From Eremomyces bilateralis CBS 781.70 (lineage: Eukaryota), in assembly GCA_010015585.1 (NCBI GenBank), contig ML975185.1: a DNA stretch of 64,000 nt; one strand, given 5' to 3'. The notes under the pieces are model-generated. The model was given only the letters and a program-made list of their open reading frames with translations. It was not told where the DNA came from and ran no database searches. Below are positions 11,879 through 27,268 of this stretch, in pieces (positions within the stretch are counted from its first letter, which is position 1; the number at the start of each line of letters is the position of its first letter). A program made the position numbers and the translations under genes.

Positions 11879-12806
11879 CTTCACCCGGCAGCTTGATTTC
11901 CTTAATATTTCTTCCTTCAGAATTCCTTCAAGTCTAAAGTATTTCCATTTTCCATCTTTCATCTTCCATCTTTGCCAATCTCTATCTGCTGTGTGCTATG
12001 TTAAGCTGGTAGTCATTATATATTCGTAGTCCACCTTGATTAGTTAACGGCTTTATGATTTATTCGAAGGAAGTATTGTCGTAGGAGGAACTACGAGTCG
12101 TTTCAAAGTGTGCGGCGAATGATGGACTGAGTAGCATTTTCTTTATCGGTAACTAGACAGTAGACATTCAAACACAGGGTAGTCAGTGTCAAGGATACTT
12201 TATCTAAGAGGAAATTGAAGAGACACTCTTGTGACTCGAAACCCTTTTTGATGCTATCAGTCATGGTATGATCCATATATGATTTCTCTCGTTTTCCTAA
12301 GACTCACAGAAGTGTGCCCTCTCTGCCTAAGCAAGACCTCACCCACATCAACAGACTAGAAATCGAAGCCGGCCAAAATGCACAATACTTAAGGACTTAG
12401 GATTTGGCTTCGTCCCGGTAGGCGAAGTTGAAAGACCTATCTCCGCCTTCTCGACTCCCTTGAGCTGCCTCACCAAACCGGGTACACAATACAAAGCCTT
12501 CATCTTTAGAGAGGCAAACTAAGGTAACGCTTAATGGATTTCGAAGTCTTGGGGAATATTTTATGGTCAATGAATGTTGTCTTCGCAACCAGGTTTGGTA
12601 GAGGATGACATGGTTCAACGATACGCGATGTCCTCTACCCATGCCGATCTCTCAATCTCTGCTCCCCTTATTACTTCGTACCACTTACTGTACTGCAGTG
12701 ACGATGCAACTATGACTGTGATCTTCTCTCCCTTCTAACTACCCAAGATTCTATCGCTGTGCAATTTGATTTCTTATATACGGCATGGATGAGATATTGA
12801 GACGCC

Positions 12807-14259
12807 ATGGGATATTTTCGCCTGGCGTTGACGGGTCGCGTCGCACGACGTCAATGGCGATACTTCAGCACAAGCCGACGATTAATGAGAGATCCACAAC
12901 TGGAAGAATATGACCGTATGTTCCAAAATGAATTTGGGTCATTAAAGGACAAATACGGTAGGGACGCCCGACCGATTGCCCGCTCATTGCTAACGGGACT
13001 AGATGCACCGAAACATCCGATTGTGCTTGCACACGGTCTCTTAGGGTTCGACGAACTTCGCCTCGCTGGCTCTTTTCTGCCAGGGATTCAATACTGGCGA
13101 GGAATCGTGAATGCGCTACGATTACAGAACATCGAAGTAATAACTACGGAAGTTCCGTCGTCGGGCTCAATTGAAGCACGAGCGGAAAAACTGGCTATGA
13201 GGATTGCGGAAAAGGCTGGAGGGAAGAGCGTGAACATCATCGCGTATGAAACATCAATCTTATCAGCTGTGTCTAGCGGAGCTGACAATCGACAGACACA
13301 GCATGGGGTAAGCAATTCCTTGAGAACTTTGAAGGCAGCCTCTGCTCCCATATACCGTCCTAATATCATCCGTAAAGGGGCTTGGACTCGAGGTACATGA
13401 TCAGTAACTTAAAGCCCGAAAACGTTAAAGTCTTGTCCCTCACAACGATTGCTACACCACACCGTGGATCATCTTTTGCAGATTATCTTCACGAACAATT
13501 AGGCCGTAAGGAATAGCTACCTTACCAAACGTTATGTCTGCTAAACCGTCGCAAGCGATCCACTTCAAAAGACTTTCTCGAGTATTAGGCCAAGTTGGAA
13601 TGGAATCGGGCGCATTCTCGCAGTTGACACAGAAGTATCTGATAGAAGAATTCAATCCAAAAACGCCGGATCGGGATGACGTCCGGTATGTCGTCCCTTG
13701 CTGCCATCAATCCGGAATGTTCTAATGGTATAGGTATTTCTCATATGGCGCATCACTTGAGCCCACGGTATGGTCTGTCTTCTGGTACTCGCACCGGATC
13801 ATTAAGCAGAGGGAACAAGCGATGAATGATGGACTTGTCAGGTAAGCAAGCCCTTTCTCAGATTGCGCCTTTCTGACCTGCGCTCCAGCGTACCAAGCTC
13901 TCGATGGGGTAAATATCAAGGAACTTTGACAGGAGTTAGCCATCTTGATTTAATCAATTGTACGTCAAGAGCTTCCGCTGAATTCCGAAAACATACTCGC
14001 CCTGAGTCTCCCCTATGGATAAGCTATTGACAAATGGTGTAGGGACGAGCAGAGTGAAGGTTCTGTTTTGGCTCTTGACCGGTGTCAAGAGAAGGTTAGC
14101 TACCGAGCCCCTTTTACCATCCATTAACTACTCACAGTTCGTTCAGTTTCAATGCGCATGCATTATACCTTGAAATCGCTGGTACGATTATGCCTTACAC
14201 GCTCCGCCTTGTCACACATTGATTTGAATCCAGATATGCTCGCGAAAGAAGGCTTGTAA
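12807..14259 (+). CDS. Triacylglycerol lipase, TGL2-like alpha/beta hydrolase, many introns
   Basis: PIVLAHGLLGFD, spliced AHSMGGLD nucleophile elbow, LTTIATPHRGS, NDGLVS. Arg-rich mitochondrial-type N-terminus. Ends DMLAKEGL*. Confidence 0.85.
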
Positions 14260-17167
14260 CGCAGGAAGGTTGACACGGTTTCTCGTCCTATAATTCCTAC
14301 AATGCGCTTGGTAAGATGTCTTATAAACTGGGGAGTCCTTCCGTGCAATGGTCAGCTCCAAGTTAGCGTGCCTCCCCTTGGTTCAATACACTGCGGATCG
14401 GACAGTGCACTGCAAGTTTTGGATTGAGCAGGGACTTTAAGCGGAGAACAGAAGTGCATAACAGCAGGAACTGGTTGTCACCTGAGTGGCTTTGTACTAG
14501 GGATATGCATCAAAAACCGCCAGAACTTACCCCACGGCTTGATGAGATGTCCAGAACAGCTGCCAGGCCACGACCAAATGGTTGATTCCTCTGTCTAAAA
14601 CTTTATGGGCAGCAGATCAAGTATGTGAGCCTTAATCGTGGGTGAGCATTGGTTCAAGGCGCCAGAAGCGGTCTGGATGCATGCCCTTCTGCTGCCGCCA
14701 ATTAGGCTCATGCTGCCCTGGCTCCGGGGCAACGTGGTGGTACACAGGCAAATTTATGTTGCCTGATTCACCGGAGAAAAGAGGAAATGAAATGTATCAG
14801 TGCCTTATAAATTTCGGAAAGGCTTCCAATGAACCGTTGCCACCTGGTTAGGCATATTTGCAGTTGTCACACGTCACTCAACTGGTTTTCCAACATCGGG
14901 ATCGCAGACCATTCGCGCTTCTCGAGCAGTAATGTAATATTCTTGTAGATTCGGACGGAACACCGATCTTTTCGAGTGGTTGAACAGTAGCTTCAAACTC
15001 TGTAGCAGATGATTCGGAGCCCAGTTGATATGATATAAGTAAGACCTGCACTGGGCAACGATGAAAACTTAAGCCTTTCAAGAACTTCATCCAAGGCGGG
15101 TCAGATTTCCGCCACGGCGAAATTGATACACCTCCAGTCAGCCTAACTGCGGAAAACATAAAAACTTCCCCGACTAAATGATATTTGACGGGTGAGAGGG
15201 CTGTACATCTAGGTACCGCAAAGTCCCATATTGGAAACTGGTTTGGAGGCTCTGGGGATATGCTTCAGGGCCGGCGGTCTCGTCCACCCGGATTCGATTT
15301 CGAAGTTCCTAAGCAGGCAGTGTTATCCGGTAAAAAGGCAATTTGAGGGTGCTAGGAACACTGTTGACCGACCCCATAACGTCATCCAGCACTGAATGAA
15401 GTCAATGCTTGACACACACGACCTTCAGGGCCCGGTCAGTGACTCGAGTGCCACGGATGAAGAGACCACTAGTGAGTAGGAAAGAGTACATGAGCATTGC
15501 ACACTAACCAAGATACACAGTTCCTATATACTCATTTCGGGTTGTCCGTGACCACTCCAGGCTGTGTGCGCAACTCTGGTGGCCTCCCCCTCTTTGAAAC
15601 TCCTTCCAAGGACCCACCAAGGACCCAATGCAAATGGAGCTCAGCCTTAACAAATCACGGGCGACCCGGCATATCTGTATGCGGCCTCAGTGTACAGACC
15701 ACGGCGAGGCTCTACCAGTGGGTGCCGAGGAGTGGTAGCTGTCCAAAATTGCGGTTAGTCAACACCAACCACTGATATGCTGGCGTTCAGAGACTCAATC
15801 TCGGAACTCACATCGGATGGAATGTCTCTGGAAGAGAGTCACCCTACTGCTATTTTATCAGCCTTAATGTCTGTGGATTGTCTGCCTAGCCATGGTGGAT
15901 CCCATTTCTGGGGCGGACGTGGTTCCGAACAACTGCCAGGCGGACCCCCCTGAATGATGTGTCGGCGGGAAATTGCTTGGTTACAGCAGTTGTGGCTGTC
16001 AAACCGTTAGCCGTTGCACATCCGATAGCAGTTCAAAGACTATCCCCTGAAAAACGCCTACGAGAGGACGCCACTTGCCAAGCGGAATGGACGGGTGTGG
16101 AATGGACGGGCCCTTATCCGCCTCTCCTATCCCCCGCCCTTTCACCACCGGACGCTCAGATCGTTGCTAAAATGAATTCATCTCCCATGGAGTGCAATCG
16201 ATGGTGGTTCTTCTCCTAATACCAAGTTTAACTCCAGGAAGCTCATGACGCAAGACTCCCAGAAGGCTCAGGAGGCCGCGATCCCGAAACCACTTTCATT
16301 ACGGTCGAGCCAACAAGATACCTCGAGTCCAGACGGGAAATCATTCCGCCAAGAGGTCGGAAATGGCCTGCTGCTGGCTGAGCCATTCAAGTTTCGATAA
16401 CCAGTCGTCCTCTCCGCCCAGTCGGGCAGCCATGAGGTATCACAGTGGTGATCAGGACGATGCCCGAGAGCTTAATGGCAGCTCCATGGCCACAGGGCGG
16501 AAATGAGTTTGGAAAGAGTCTGAGACAATGGGCGCAGTGAGATGTAGCACTCATGAAGGGGCAGGGAGATGAGACTTTGGCGTGGAGTTTCAGTGTGAAC
16601 AGTGAGGAAGCTGGGAATATAAAAACCCGACTCACGGATCGGTTCTTACGACACAGTTGCCAACCAGACTGTGCCAGATCTTCTTGGTTAGAAATTGCGA
16701 TCTTTCCTAAAGCCATTTCGACATGCCATCCCCTCCAACCCCTCCGCCGTCTCCGCCGCTGTTCGTGTATGTGTGTAACAAGTATTGCTGCTACTGTGGA
16801 CATGGACCATGGCCTATTTCGTGGTATGACCACTGCCAAATTTGCCAGCATGAGTTATGTGACGGTTGCAGAGAAGTGGATGAAGAGGTTGCCCGATAAG
16901 AGCCGTCCCTTATTTGTTACTGGTTGGAAGAAGACGAGAATACATGGTCAATCTGCACAGAACGCACGACACGGATCTACCTCGCCCCTTCTACAGTTCC
17001 CAGGTTGCCAACGGAGGGAGCCCAATCAAAGCAGGTAGTTTCTATTTGTCAACTGGGTAAGTGTACAAAGGGAGATTTTATACAATGTTCGGAATTGCTT
17101 ATGCCACGACAGCACATACAACCCGTTACCGCTTCCAACGATCTCGACTTTCGTCACAATACCGTAT

Positions 17168-18799
17168 CTAGGACATCAGGCGGGTCATGTCCGCCCTGAT
17201 ACGAGAGTAATCCAACAATCCTTCGATCTTCCCCACGGCAGAGATGGCGATGTCCTGGTCCCACAACTTCCGTTTGGCAAAATTCATCACGTCCTTCTCA
17301 GTGATCTGGCCAACGACACGTTCAACCTCTTCCGGAGACAGGCGACGGCCGGTGGTGACGATCTGGCGGCCAATGTCTTCGGCAACGGCGGTGGTGCCAT
17401 CGAGCGACAGGAGGATGGATGCCTTCAGTTGGGCCTTGGCGCGTTCCACCTCGGAGACTGAGACATTGAACGACAATCTCGACCACTCCCGGAGAGTGAA
17501 ATGGACAAGATCATCAATGCGTTCCGTGGCCTCAGTGACCATATAAATGCCCCACAATCTGTTTTATGTATCATTAGTCCATTACTCATACTTGGAATTA
17601 TGATTCACACTTACCCAGTGTCACTGTAGCTTGTTGAAAAGCTCATGAAGCTATTCGCGAGGTTGTGCTTGTGGACGAAAGTGCTCAGCTTGCTGCCCAA
17701 GTATGGTGAATTGCCCATGGCTCGGTCCCAGTTGCCGACAATCGCTTGCGTGACCAACGCCGTGAAGTAGTCCGGGTCGTTCCAGCTCACGCCCTCGACG
17801 GCAATGGCGATGTTAGCGGTGGGCAAACCATCGTCTCGCATCCGCACATCGGAACCGACAAAGTCGGGCTTCTCCTTATACTTCTTGGCGCTCAGCGTCG
17901 AGCTCGGGAGCTTGGCGAAATATTGTTCCGCAAGCTCGACCAACTGCGCGTGGGGCACGCCACCGGCACCAACGAGAACCATACGGTCAGCGGTGTAGTT
18001 CTGACCGATATAGTCGACCAGATCTTGGCGCTTGATGCTTTCGATGTTGGCCCGAGGTCCTAGGATCGTACGACCGAGAGGTTGTCCTTGGAAGGCAGTG
18101 GCATGGAGATGATCAAAGACCACTTCCTCCAGTTGCTTGTCGACCTCTTCTTGCTCGCGCAAGATCACATCACGCTCCCGTTCGATGGCCTGTGACTCGA
18201 GCCGGGAGTGTTGAAGGATATCGGAAAGGATGTCCACGCATTTGGGGACGTCGGAATTGAAGCTCTTGGAGTAGTAGACGGTATTTTCTCTCTGCATGGT
18301 GGTTAAGACGAATTCACTGTTGGGAGGTCATCGGAAGACATACTGAAGTATACGCGTTCAAATGTCCGCCCATATTCTCGATTTCCATCTCCAATTGCTG
18401 CTGGGTTCGCTTCTCCGTACCCTGGAATGGATAAATTAGTCGAGATCTCGAACATGTTCCCATTGAGATGTTACCTTGAAGGCCAGATGCTCCAGGAAGT
18501 GCGCGGTGCCATTGTTCTTGTCGGTCTCGGCGCGGCTGCCGGCATCGATCCAAACACCAACTGTCGAGGTCTGAGCCCATGGCGAGTGTTCGGTAGCGAT
18601 CTACCAGGAGTCAGCATTAGAGGAAGAGATGTTTAGCGGGTAGACGAACCGTGAAGCCGTTGCTCAAGGTGGTGCTCTCCGTTTTTGCCCCGTGGCTCAC
18701 GGGAGTCGCGAGACCTCTCTTGACGGGCCGGATGGCATTGATGGCAGCGCGGCTCCGTAAGCTCTGATTGAGCGTGAGGGCTAGCCGCCTGGAAGCCAT
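17168..18799 (-). CDS. MAS1: Mitochondrial processing peptidase beta subunit (M16 family)
   Basis: Presequence MASRRLAL..., [13 protein letters not shown] (HxxEH), [19 protein letters not shown]; several introns. Confidence 0.93.
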
Positions 18800-19417
18800 T
18801 GCTGGAGTAATGAATGGATGTCCAGCGGGATGTGATGGGGTCGGATGGGTTGGAGATTCAGTGAATGAAGTATTCCATGAAGATTGAGCTCGACTTCGGA
18901 TTCAAGATTGGTCGGTGCACAGGAAAATACGCGCTAGGATTGAAATGGAAAATAACATGACTAAGCACAGGGCTCTCCAATTTCGGGTATATCAAAACGA
19001 TCATATAGGTAATAGAACACACCGACGCAACGCCACCCTTTTCGAAGACAAGATCATAGTGGCTGGGAGAATGGTTCTGGATTAACCTCCGCCTTGGATT
19101 ACAGATAGTTTTGTATTGTACAATTGTTTCATCCGGATGAGAATATGAAGCATCAAGTCTGAACTCAGAATCAAGCCAGACTGTAACGTACTCAGCTCAC
19201 CAATTCGACTGCTCCAATTGGTCCATTCACCTCGCCTCGTAGCAACTAAGCACCTCCACAGCGCCGGTCATTCCCGAGGCCCAGCGCCATATCACGGGAA
19301 TCTTCGATCAACGCCGAGCAACGCCAACGGCACAGAAAGCTGCCAATTAATCCTGAGACCCTCCCATCACCGATCCCCCATCGTCCAGAATCTTTCCAAC
19401 CCCATTTACCATCGACA

Positions 19418-20288
19418 ATGGCGGCCATCATGCGACCTCAGATGCTTCGGCAGACGTGCGCCGCCGCGGCCGGCACGCGATTCATCTCGTCCGCCGCGCT
19501 GGCCTCGTCCCGGGCGGCGTGGCAGACCCCGCTGGTTCAGCAATGCAAGCCGCAGTCCATCGTTGCGAAGACCGCTCGATCGGCCTTCGTGAGGGAGCGG
19601 CTGCCCACCGTGTCGAAGGTTGCGGCGTTCCATACGTCGAGGAAGAATCAATTGCTTCCCCCGCCGGCTCGTAAGTCTTCGATGATGCTGCTGTCCGTCC
19701 ATAATACTGACACTGGTCGCAGAACGGATAACTGGTGGTGGTACGTATCACCGAGTTGGATGATTAGCTAGGATGAGTTGCTAAGAAGGATGACAGTCAA
19801 TGATCCGGCACCGGTGCTGCCAGCGGACCCGGTACACGGGAACTATCATTGGGACTTTGAGCGGTGGGTGCATGGAATCCATGATGGATGCAGCCGACGT
19901 ATCTAACGCATACCAGAATCATCGCCGTGTCTCTCATCCCCTTGACCATCGCGCCGTTCGCAAGCGGCTCCTTGAACCCCCTCCTGGACGCCACCTTTTG
20001 CGGCCTCATCGTCATCCATTCCCACTTTGGCTTCGAGTAAGTGGTCCCCAAACCCCCCGATCCCCAAATTTCGCCGGTTCCCTCCCTGGATATGGGACCC
20101 GCTGACATGATCGCCCACGTAGGTCGTGCATCACCGATTACTTCCCGAAATGGCGCGTGCCCAACACCCAACGGGCCTTGAAGTGGGTGCTGAACGGTTT
20201 CACGCTGCTGGTTGCCTACGGCCTGTATGAGTTCGAGACAAACGATGTGGGCGTCACCGAGGCTGTGACGAGGGTCTGGAAAGCGTGA
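19418..20288 (+). CDS. SDH4: Succinate dehydrogenase cytochrome b small (membrane anchor) subunit
   Basis: Mitochondrial presequence; spliced HGNYHWDFER, IHSHFGFESCITDY, YEFETNDVG...RVWKA*. Confidence 0.88.
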
Positions 20289-20906
20289 GCGATGGATTTT
20301 GAGGCGGGCGAGGGCACGTTTGATCCGGCGGCATGGACGCATGGCATTTCAATGGCGGTGTATCATATAGTTTGCTTAGAACTTCCGCAGGTCAAAATCT
20401 GATGGGTTATTTCGATTGGAACTGCACATAACATAGACTTAGAAGTGATGGACCTTCCATTGTATGGCTTCCTTCTCGAATATGCACTAGGGAGCGTGAG
20501 GATTCTCCCAACACATGCGCGTCACACAATGCATCTGGAGTGGGTAATGTAATTCTGTTCGTTGTTCTAAGGAAGCTAGGTAATTGAGGGTTACCAGCGA
20601 CCGTTGGACCCGCTTTCACAAGAAGCCAGCATAAAGAAAAGAGTTGACAAGCATAGCAAACGTTTCTTCCTTTCCCACCTTAGGCCATCAACACCGTGGG
20701 ACCTATGACGATCCACGTTTCTACTTCACACTCAGCAATGTAGACCGCCCCGTGTAGCACTATACGTTAAAGGAAACCGAGCCCCAGATCATGCCAGGTA
20801 TCGTTGATTTTGTCTGGGCGGATAGCAAATCGATCCCAACCCATTTCAACCTGTGTCGAGTCTGTTTTGCCTCAGGGGATCGATGCATGGTGGGGGGGGA
20901 AGAGAT

Positions 20907-21918
<1,012 letters not shown>

Positions 21919-23226
21919 GGTTCTGGACGCAGTTAGTAAATGTGGGGGGAAGGTTAACGCGTGGCAGATCGATGGATGCATGATGCCAAAATCAACGATA
22001 TCGGGTCGAAGCTGGTGGCAGGTGTGGGCAAAAGGAGAACGATTCGAGGCTGGGGTCCGATGCGGCTCCAAAGGCGGCTCCCCTAAGCAAAGACGCCTGC
22101 TAACATGAAGGTGCCGCTCGAAGAGATGCCATCCTCATGCTATCGGGATCGTATTCGGGGATGTAGGGGCCGGGGCGGCGCTCGCGCATTAAGGGGCAGT
22201 GCGGACACGATAATGGCGATGTGAGCCGTCGTCGACGGCACCCACCATTCCCAGCATCCAAACCAACCGCATTCGACGGTCGCGAGTGTGGCGACCACGT
22301 TGGCGGATGGTGATGGGCGGTGCGGCGTGCTAGGAAAGGTGTTGCAAGATGATGTTGGGAATGACGAAATAAGCGCAGCTCCTCACCTTGAGATTGGACG
22401 GATACCTGGGAGGGATGGAAAAGTCGGTGGTGCGATGGGATTGATGAGAGGACGGTGGAAAGTCGATGGAAGGGGAAGTTCACAATGGGGAGGGGATCGG
22501 GATGGTAGAAAGTCGAAGTCGGAAGTAGTTGGCGAGAAATGGAGAAATGGAGAAATTGGGTGTTTGTTTTGTGCTGGGGATGGATTGACTGGGGCAGGAA
22601 GGCGATGAAGGCGAGAGACGCTGAGACACACCACAACTCACAACCAAGAGAGCGAGTTGGACGTGAGAACTGAGGTGAGACCTGGGAAACAACACTACAT
22701 GTAAGTTACGGATAATTATGTTAGAAGGATGATGGGTTAATGCCACTTTACGGATTAGTAATTGGCTTTATACAGCATTAGATCCGAAATCTATAATAAC
22801 TTAGGTATTGTATTTATCTATTTGGATTAAGTGACCGGTATGTACAGTACAGTATTGAATATCTGTCATCTGCCACTAGTATCAAGGTAAGTCCGACTGG
22901 GCTATGTGAGGAGTGGATCGGATAGTCAACTGAGGCATCAAGGCATTAAGGCATCAAGGCTGACGTAGGGTGCACCTGACCCCGAGTGAGTCGCCTGATA
23001 TCATGGCATCTCCCTTTGGACTTTTGTCAACGTCGCTCTCGTGACAAGTCACATGACCTCGAGCTCTGACCCAAACAAACTCAATCACCATCTTGCTCCT
23101 CCCTCCATCGACTGACGCACTTGACAACCATTAAACCCGCTTCCTCTCAGCCCACCTCGACACCTTTTCCATCCCATCGCTTTCCCATCGAGTCACTCTT
23201 GACCATCCATTCGCACCCCATCGAAC

Positions 23227-23702
23227 ATGTCCAGGACCGCAATTGCTCGGGCTCTCCGCCCTGTGCCTTCTTCCCTCCGCCTCTTCTCCGTATCTTCCCG
23301 CACAATGGGCGCCGGTGATGCCGGATCGGGTTTCTCGCGGCCAGGAGGCATGCGTTCGGGGTATGTTACCACCGATACCGAACTGGTGTATAGATCGCTG
23401 ATCCGTGCCATGCAGTGATAGCTTCACCCGTCGCGAGAAGGCGGTCGAGGATCAGTACATCCAGCAGGAGGAAAGGGCTAAGTCAGTCCAACCACCATCT
23501 TTCAAGCTGTCGCAGGATCACTGACGAGCACCCGGTTAGACTGCAGCAGATCAAGGAGAAGCTGGAGCAGCACCAGCAGCATCTGAATTCATTGAAGCAG
23601 ACCATGTAAGCGGAAACCGCCTTGCCTTCGCCATTCGATCACGGCTGATATACCATCCACAGTGACGAGATGTCCAAGGAACAAGGTGGCGAGCAGCACT
23701 AA
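23227..23702 (+). CDS. INH1: Mitochondrial F1Fo ATPase inhibitor (IF1/Inh1 family)
   Basis: Presequence, GAGDAGSGF, spliced DSFTRREKAVEDQYIQQEE, coiled-coil tail; 3 introns. Confidence 0.82.
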
Positions 23703-23984
23703 GGGACATAAACTATGGCACGAATCTCGGACATTTGATGCTTGTATTATTTTTTGGAATCCTGTTGCGTATCTGCCATCGCCTCTCGACTCGGTCTGAA
23801 GCTCTTGGCCTGAGCAACCTTCTCAACAATGTCATCGACTCGAATGCCAATGATCAAATCCTGTTATAAATCTCCCCAGTGCGCCATTATCCTAAGTCCA
23901 TGGTGCCCTGTTGTACACTATAGTCCAATGATTACGTCGTGGCATGTTCGGAACTGGCAGACATGGTATCATCCTGAATCGCCC

Positions 23985-26252
23985 TCAACGCCTGACACGG
24001 AACGATCGGTAGAAATCGGCGGCCGGATCACTCCCCATCGATTGAGACCCGTTCCATGACGCATTCGCGCGAACGCTATCCTTTTGCGCTGCCTCGACCT
24101 TCTCCTTCAGACCTGCCGTAGCAGTGTCCACCTGCTGCAATTGCTGAAGGTGGCTGTTGAGCACCTTGACGACATGTGAGAGCTGCACATCGTGGTTAGT
24201 AGGCAATTCACTGTGAAACGAATCTTCAAACTTACCGGATCATCGGGGTTGTTCGTTTTGCTAAGAGATGACGACACGTTGTTAATCTCGTCAATGACAT
24301 CCGTGACATCGCGGTTCAGCCCATTGACTCGCTCCGTCAGCCTCTCCGCAAGTTTGTACCTGGAATCCATTAGCATCTAAAGTCAAGGGGATGGACACGA
24401 GCAACTCACGTTCTCTCCCGCTCCTGGTCGACCCCTTGTAATCCAACGCCATCCGGGCCCATGACACCACCCTTCACCAACAGCTCGTCGATCTCCCGTT
24501 CATATCGGTCGAGAAAGTGCTGGAGCTCATCCTGCTGGCTCTCCACCGTCGATAGCTGCTTATCGATTTCGGCCGCATCCCTCTCAGCATGGAAGGTCTT
24601 GCTGTACAGCTTGGAGATCTTGTCGGAATTCTCCACGAGCAGCTGGTCCCATCCCGCGACTTGCTGGGCGGATCGTGTGAACTCTTTTTGGTATTTGGTC
24701 AGGTCCGTCGCCCACTTGGTAATGATCTCATCCATCGACTTATTCTTCAACCGGGAGGTCGGGTCGGGAGTCGGACCGGTCGATTGGTGGAGTTGCGCAG
24801 GACTAGGTCCCATTCCTGGCGGAGCCATCGCCGCCGTGGTCGCCTTCGCCGCTGGAGCAGCGGCTTGGGTTGATGCTGGAGCAGCGGTAGAAGAGGCGGG
24901 GGTGGTTGTCCCCGTTGTCCCCAATGCGGACGACGTAGCGGCTCCGGGAAGTCCCGATTTCTGGAAGAGCCCCGTGCCAAGGGTGGGAGCAGTAGTGGCG
25001 GGTTGGGCGGCAGAAGTCGTTGTGGATGCAGGAGCTGCAGTGTTCGCTGCGGTGGAGGTCGGAGGCCCCGACGTGGGAGCGTCGGCTTTAGTGGGGAAAG
25101 ACTTGAATAGACCTCCGGTTGCAGGCTGTTGTGCAGGCTGCTGTGAGGATAGTGGCGCGGTTGAAGCTGGCTGATTAATCTTGGCTCCACCAGCAAAGGG
25201 GGAGCTCGAGAACCCATCGCTAGTTCTGCTGAAGAGAGATGACCCTGCAGTTTGAGTGCTCTGGGCCGATGCTTGGGGTTGCGAGGCAGTATTCTGACCG
25301 AACAGGCTAACTGCAGAACCCTGCTGAGGGCCGCTTGGAGCAGCAGTCGCGGGGAATGGTGTGGAGGTCGAAGGGGTAGATGCCGAAGAAGGCTGCTGTC
25401 CCGCTATCCCGCCTTGCGGTTTACCGACTCCGCCAAAACCAGCCATCGCAGTTGGGCCAGTTGAAGTGGCTCCCTGATTTGCTGCGACGCCCCCGAAGAG
25501 TGACGCAGGCTTTTGCGCGTTTCCGAACGCGGAACTCGTCGTTTGCGATCCGCTAGTTGGGAATGATGGCCCTGATGTCGCGGGAGGAGGGCCAGCTGGA
25601 GTGGTGGATGTCATGAATGAGAGCGTCGGTTTACTGGTGGCGGGTGTACTGGTACCAGCTGGTCCCGAAGCTGGCGCAGGAGAGAATAAACTTCCGGATC
25701 CCGCTGGCTTGCCAAACATTGAGGATGCTGCTCCGCCTGCATTAGAAGCCGGTGTAGTGTTGGTGAAGTTGTAGGAAGATCCTGGGGTATTCGTCGATCC
25801 TGGAGTGGGCTGATTGCCTCCGCCGCCCGAATTCGAGGGCGCATTTCCAGCTGGATTCGGCTTCTGAAACAGACCGGAACTTCCAGCTTGTGGTGTCGTG
25901 CTCATGAAAAGCCCAGGCGTCTTGCTCTCCGCCGGCGTAGGTGTGGCTCCCGACACTCCGAACGGTTTGGGACCCTCGTCTTTCTGTGCGGGCGCTCCTC
26001 CGAAGGGACTAGATCCGCTGGGTTGGCCTGCTGCAACGAGTTAGCTTGGTCCACCAGTTTGAAGCAGGAACACCTACCAAGACCACCAAAAAGGCCGCCT
26101 GATTGGGGTGGCTTTGCGCCGAACGGTGATGAAGATGGTGGGTTTGCAGCACTTCCTCCGAAGAGGGAGGAGCCAGGGGTCGAGGCGGTCGCGCTGAACG
26201 GATTCTTCTTCTCACCGCCCTGAGAGGTTCCTCCAAAATTAAAACTAGACAT
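23985..26252 (-). CDS. NSP1: Nucleoporin Nsp1/Nup62
   Basis: S/T/A/G-rich region with LF/FG repeats, then the Nsp1_C coiled coil (LKNKSMDEIITKW...WDQLLVEN...VDQERERTYKLAE...VLNSHLQQLQ). Confidence 0.92.
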
Positions 26253-27268
26253 GTTGCGTGGTTGTAAGGCTGGCGAAATGAATGCTTGAGAGTAGGCGAG
26301 TTTCCGAAGCTTGATCGGGTCGTTGCACTAAGATTCCGGCGAACTCAGGCTGTGGAAAGGCCTGGTCTTTATCCACCCGCGATAGAACGTGTCAAATTGT
26401 AATAAACCAGCAACACGGGATCGATGGATCGCAGGAAAGGATGGTGGTGGAAGAAAATCAGGATGTTCGGAGGTTCATCGTGGTTTGTAGCTTGGATTGA
26501 AGGGATTAGAAGTTTCGAGGTGAAAGGGGTCTGAGTTCAACAATGAATGGAAGCAGCGTAAGACGGGAGCCTGTCTTTGCCTTAGACTCTTCCAGACTCT
26601 TCAACTGTACAGAACAACACACTGCAGGTAAGCTGGATCAAAAGTCGCGTCGCGTGTGTTACAGTCTTGCAGCAGTTAATACAGATCCCTCTCAATAGAT
26701 ATGGCACGTGATGGCCAGAGTTTGGAGCAATGATTTTGCAAGGAACATCAATTATTAAGATTATTTATCATGAATCCATTCCATATCTGGTAATTTGATA
26801 CCGATATGTATCCGTAAAATTGTCAAATAATACCAGACATTCATGTCCGACGAATAATTAGTAATACAAATCAGGTGTCACGTGCAACCCCGGACTACAG
26901 CCCAGGCTCCTCTGCCATAGGGTGGTGGTTCGATCCCCTACACCCAGACCTCTCAGGCTGTAAGAATCATCTGTCCTCCATACACCCTCCGTACATAATA
27001 TTCAGTATTTCATGTTATTATTGCACTGCCCCATTCAAGCGCTCACTTTCACCTCGCTCTCACCGGCACACCTTGGCTCCTTCACACGTGCTTTTCGATT
27101 CTGCTGTCCCTATGAACCTCTGAACCGCTTAACCTCCCAGCTGCAATCTATTGCGCATGAAAATGGAAGATCTACAGCCTCCTAGGAAAAGCGTAGAGCT
27201 GGAGGATGCAGGAGCACATGAGCTTGGTAATATTTAAATCCCCCGCTTGATCTGGACTGTAGCTGACA

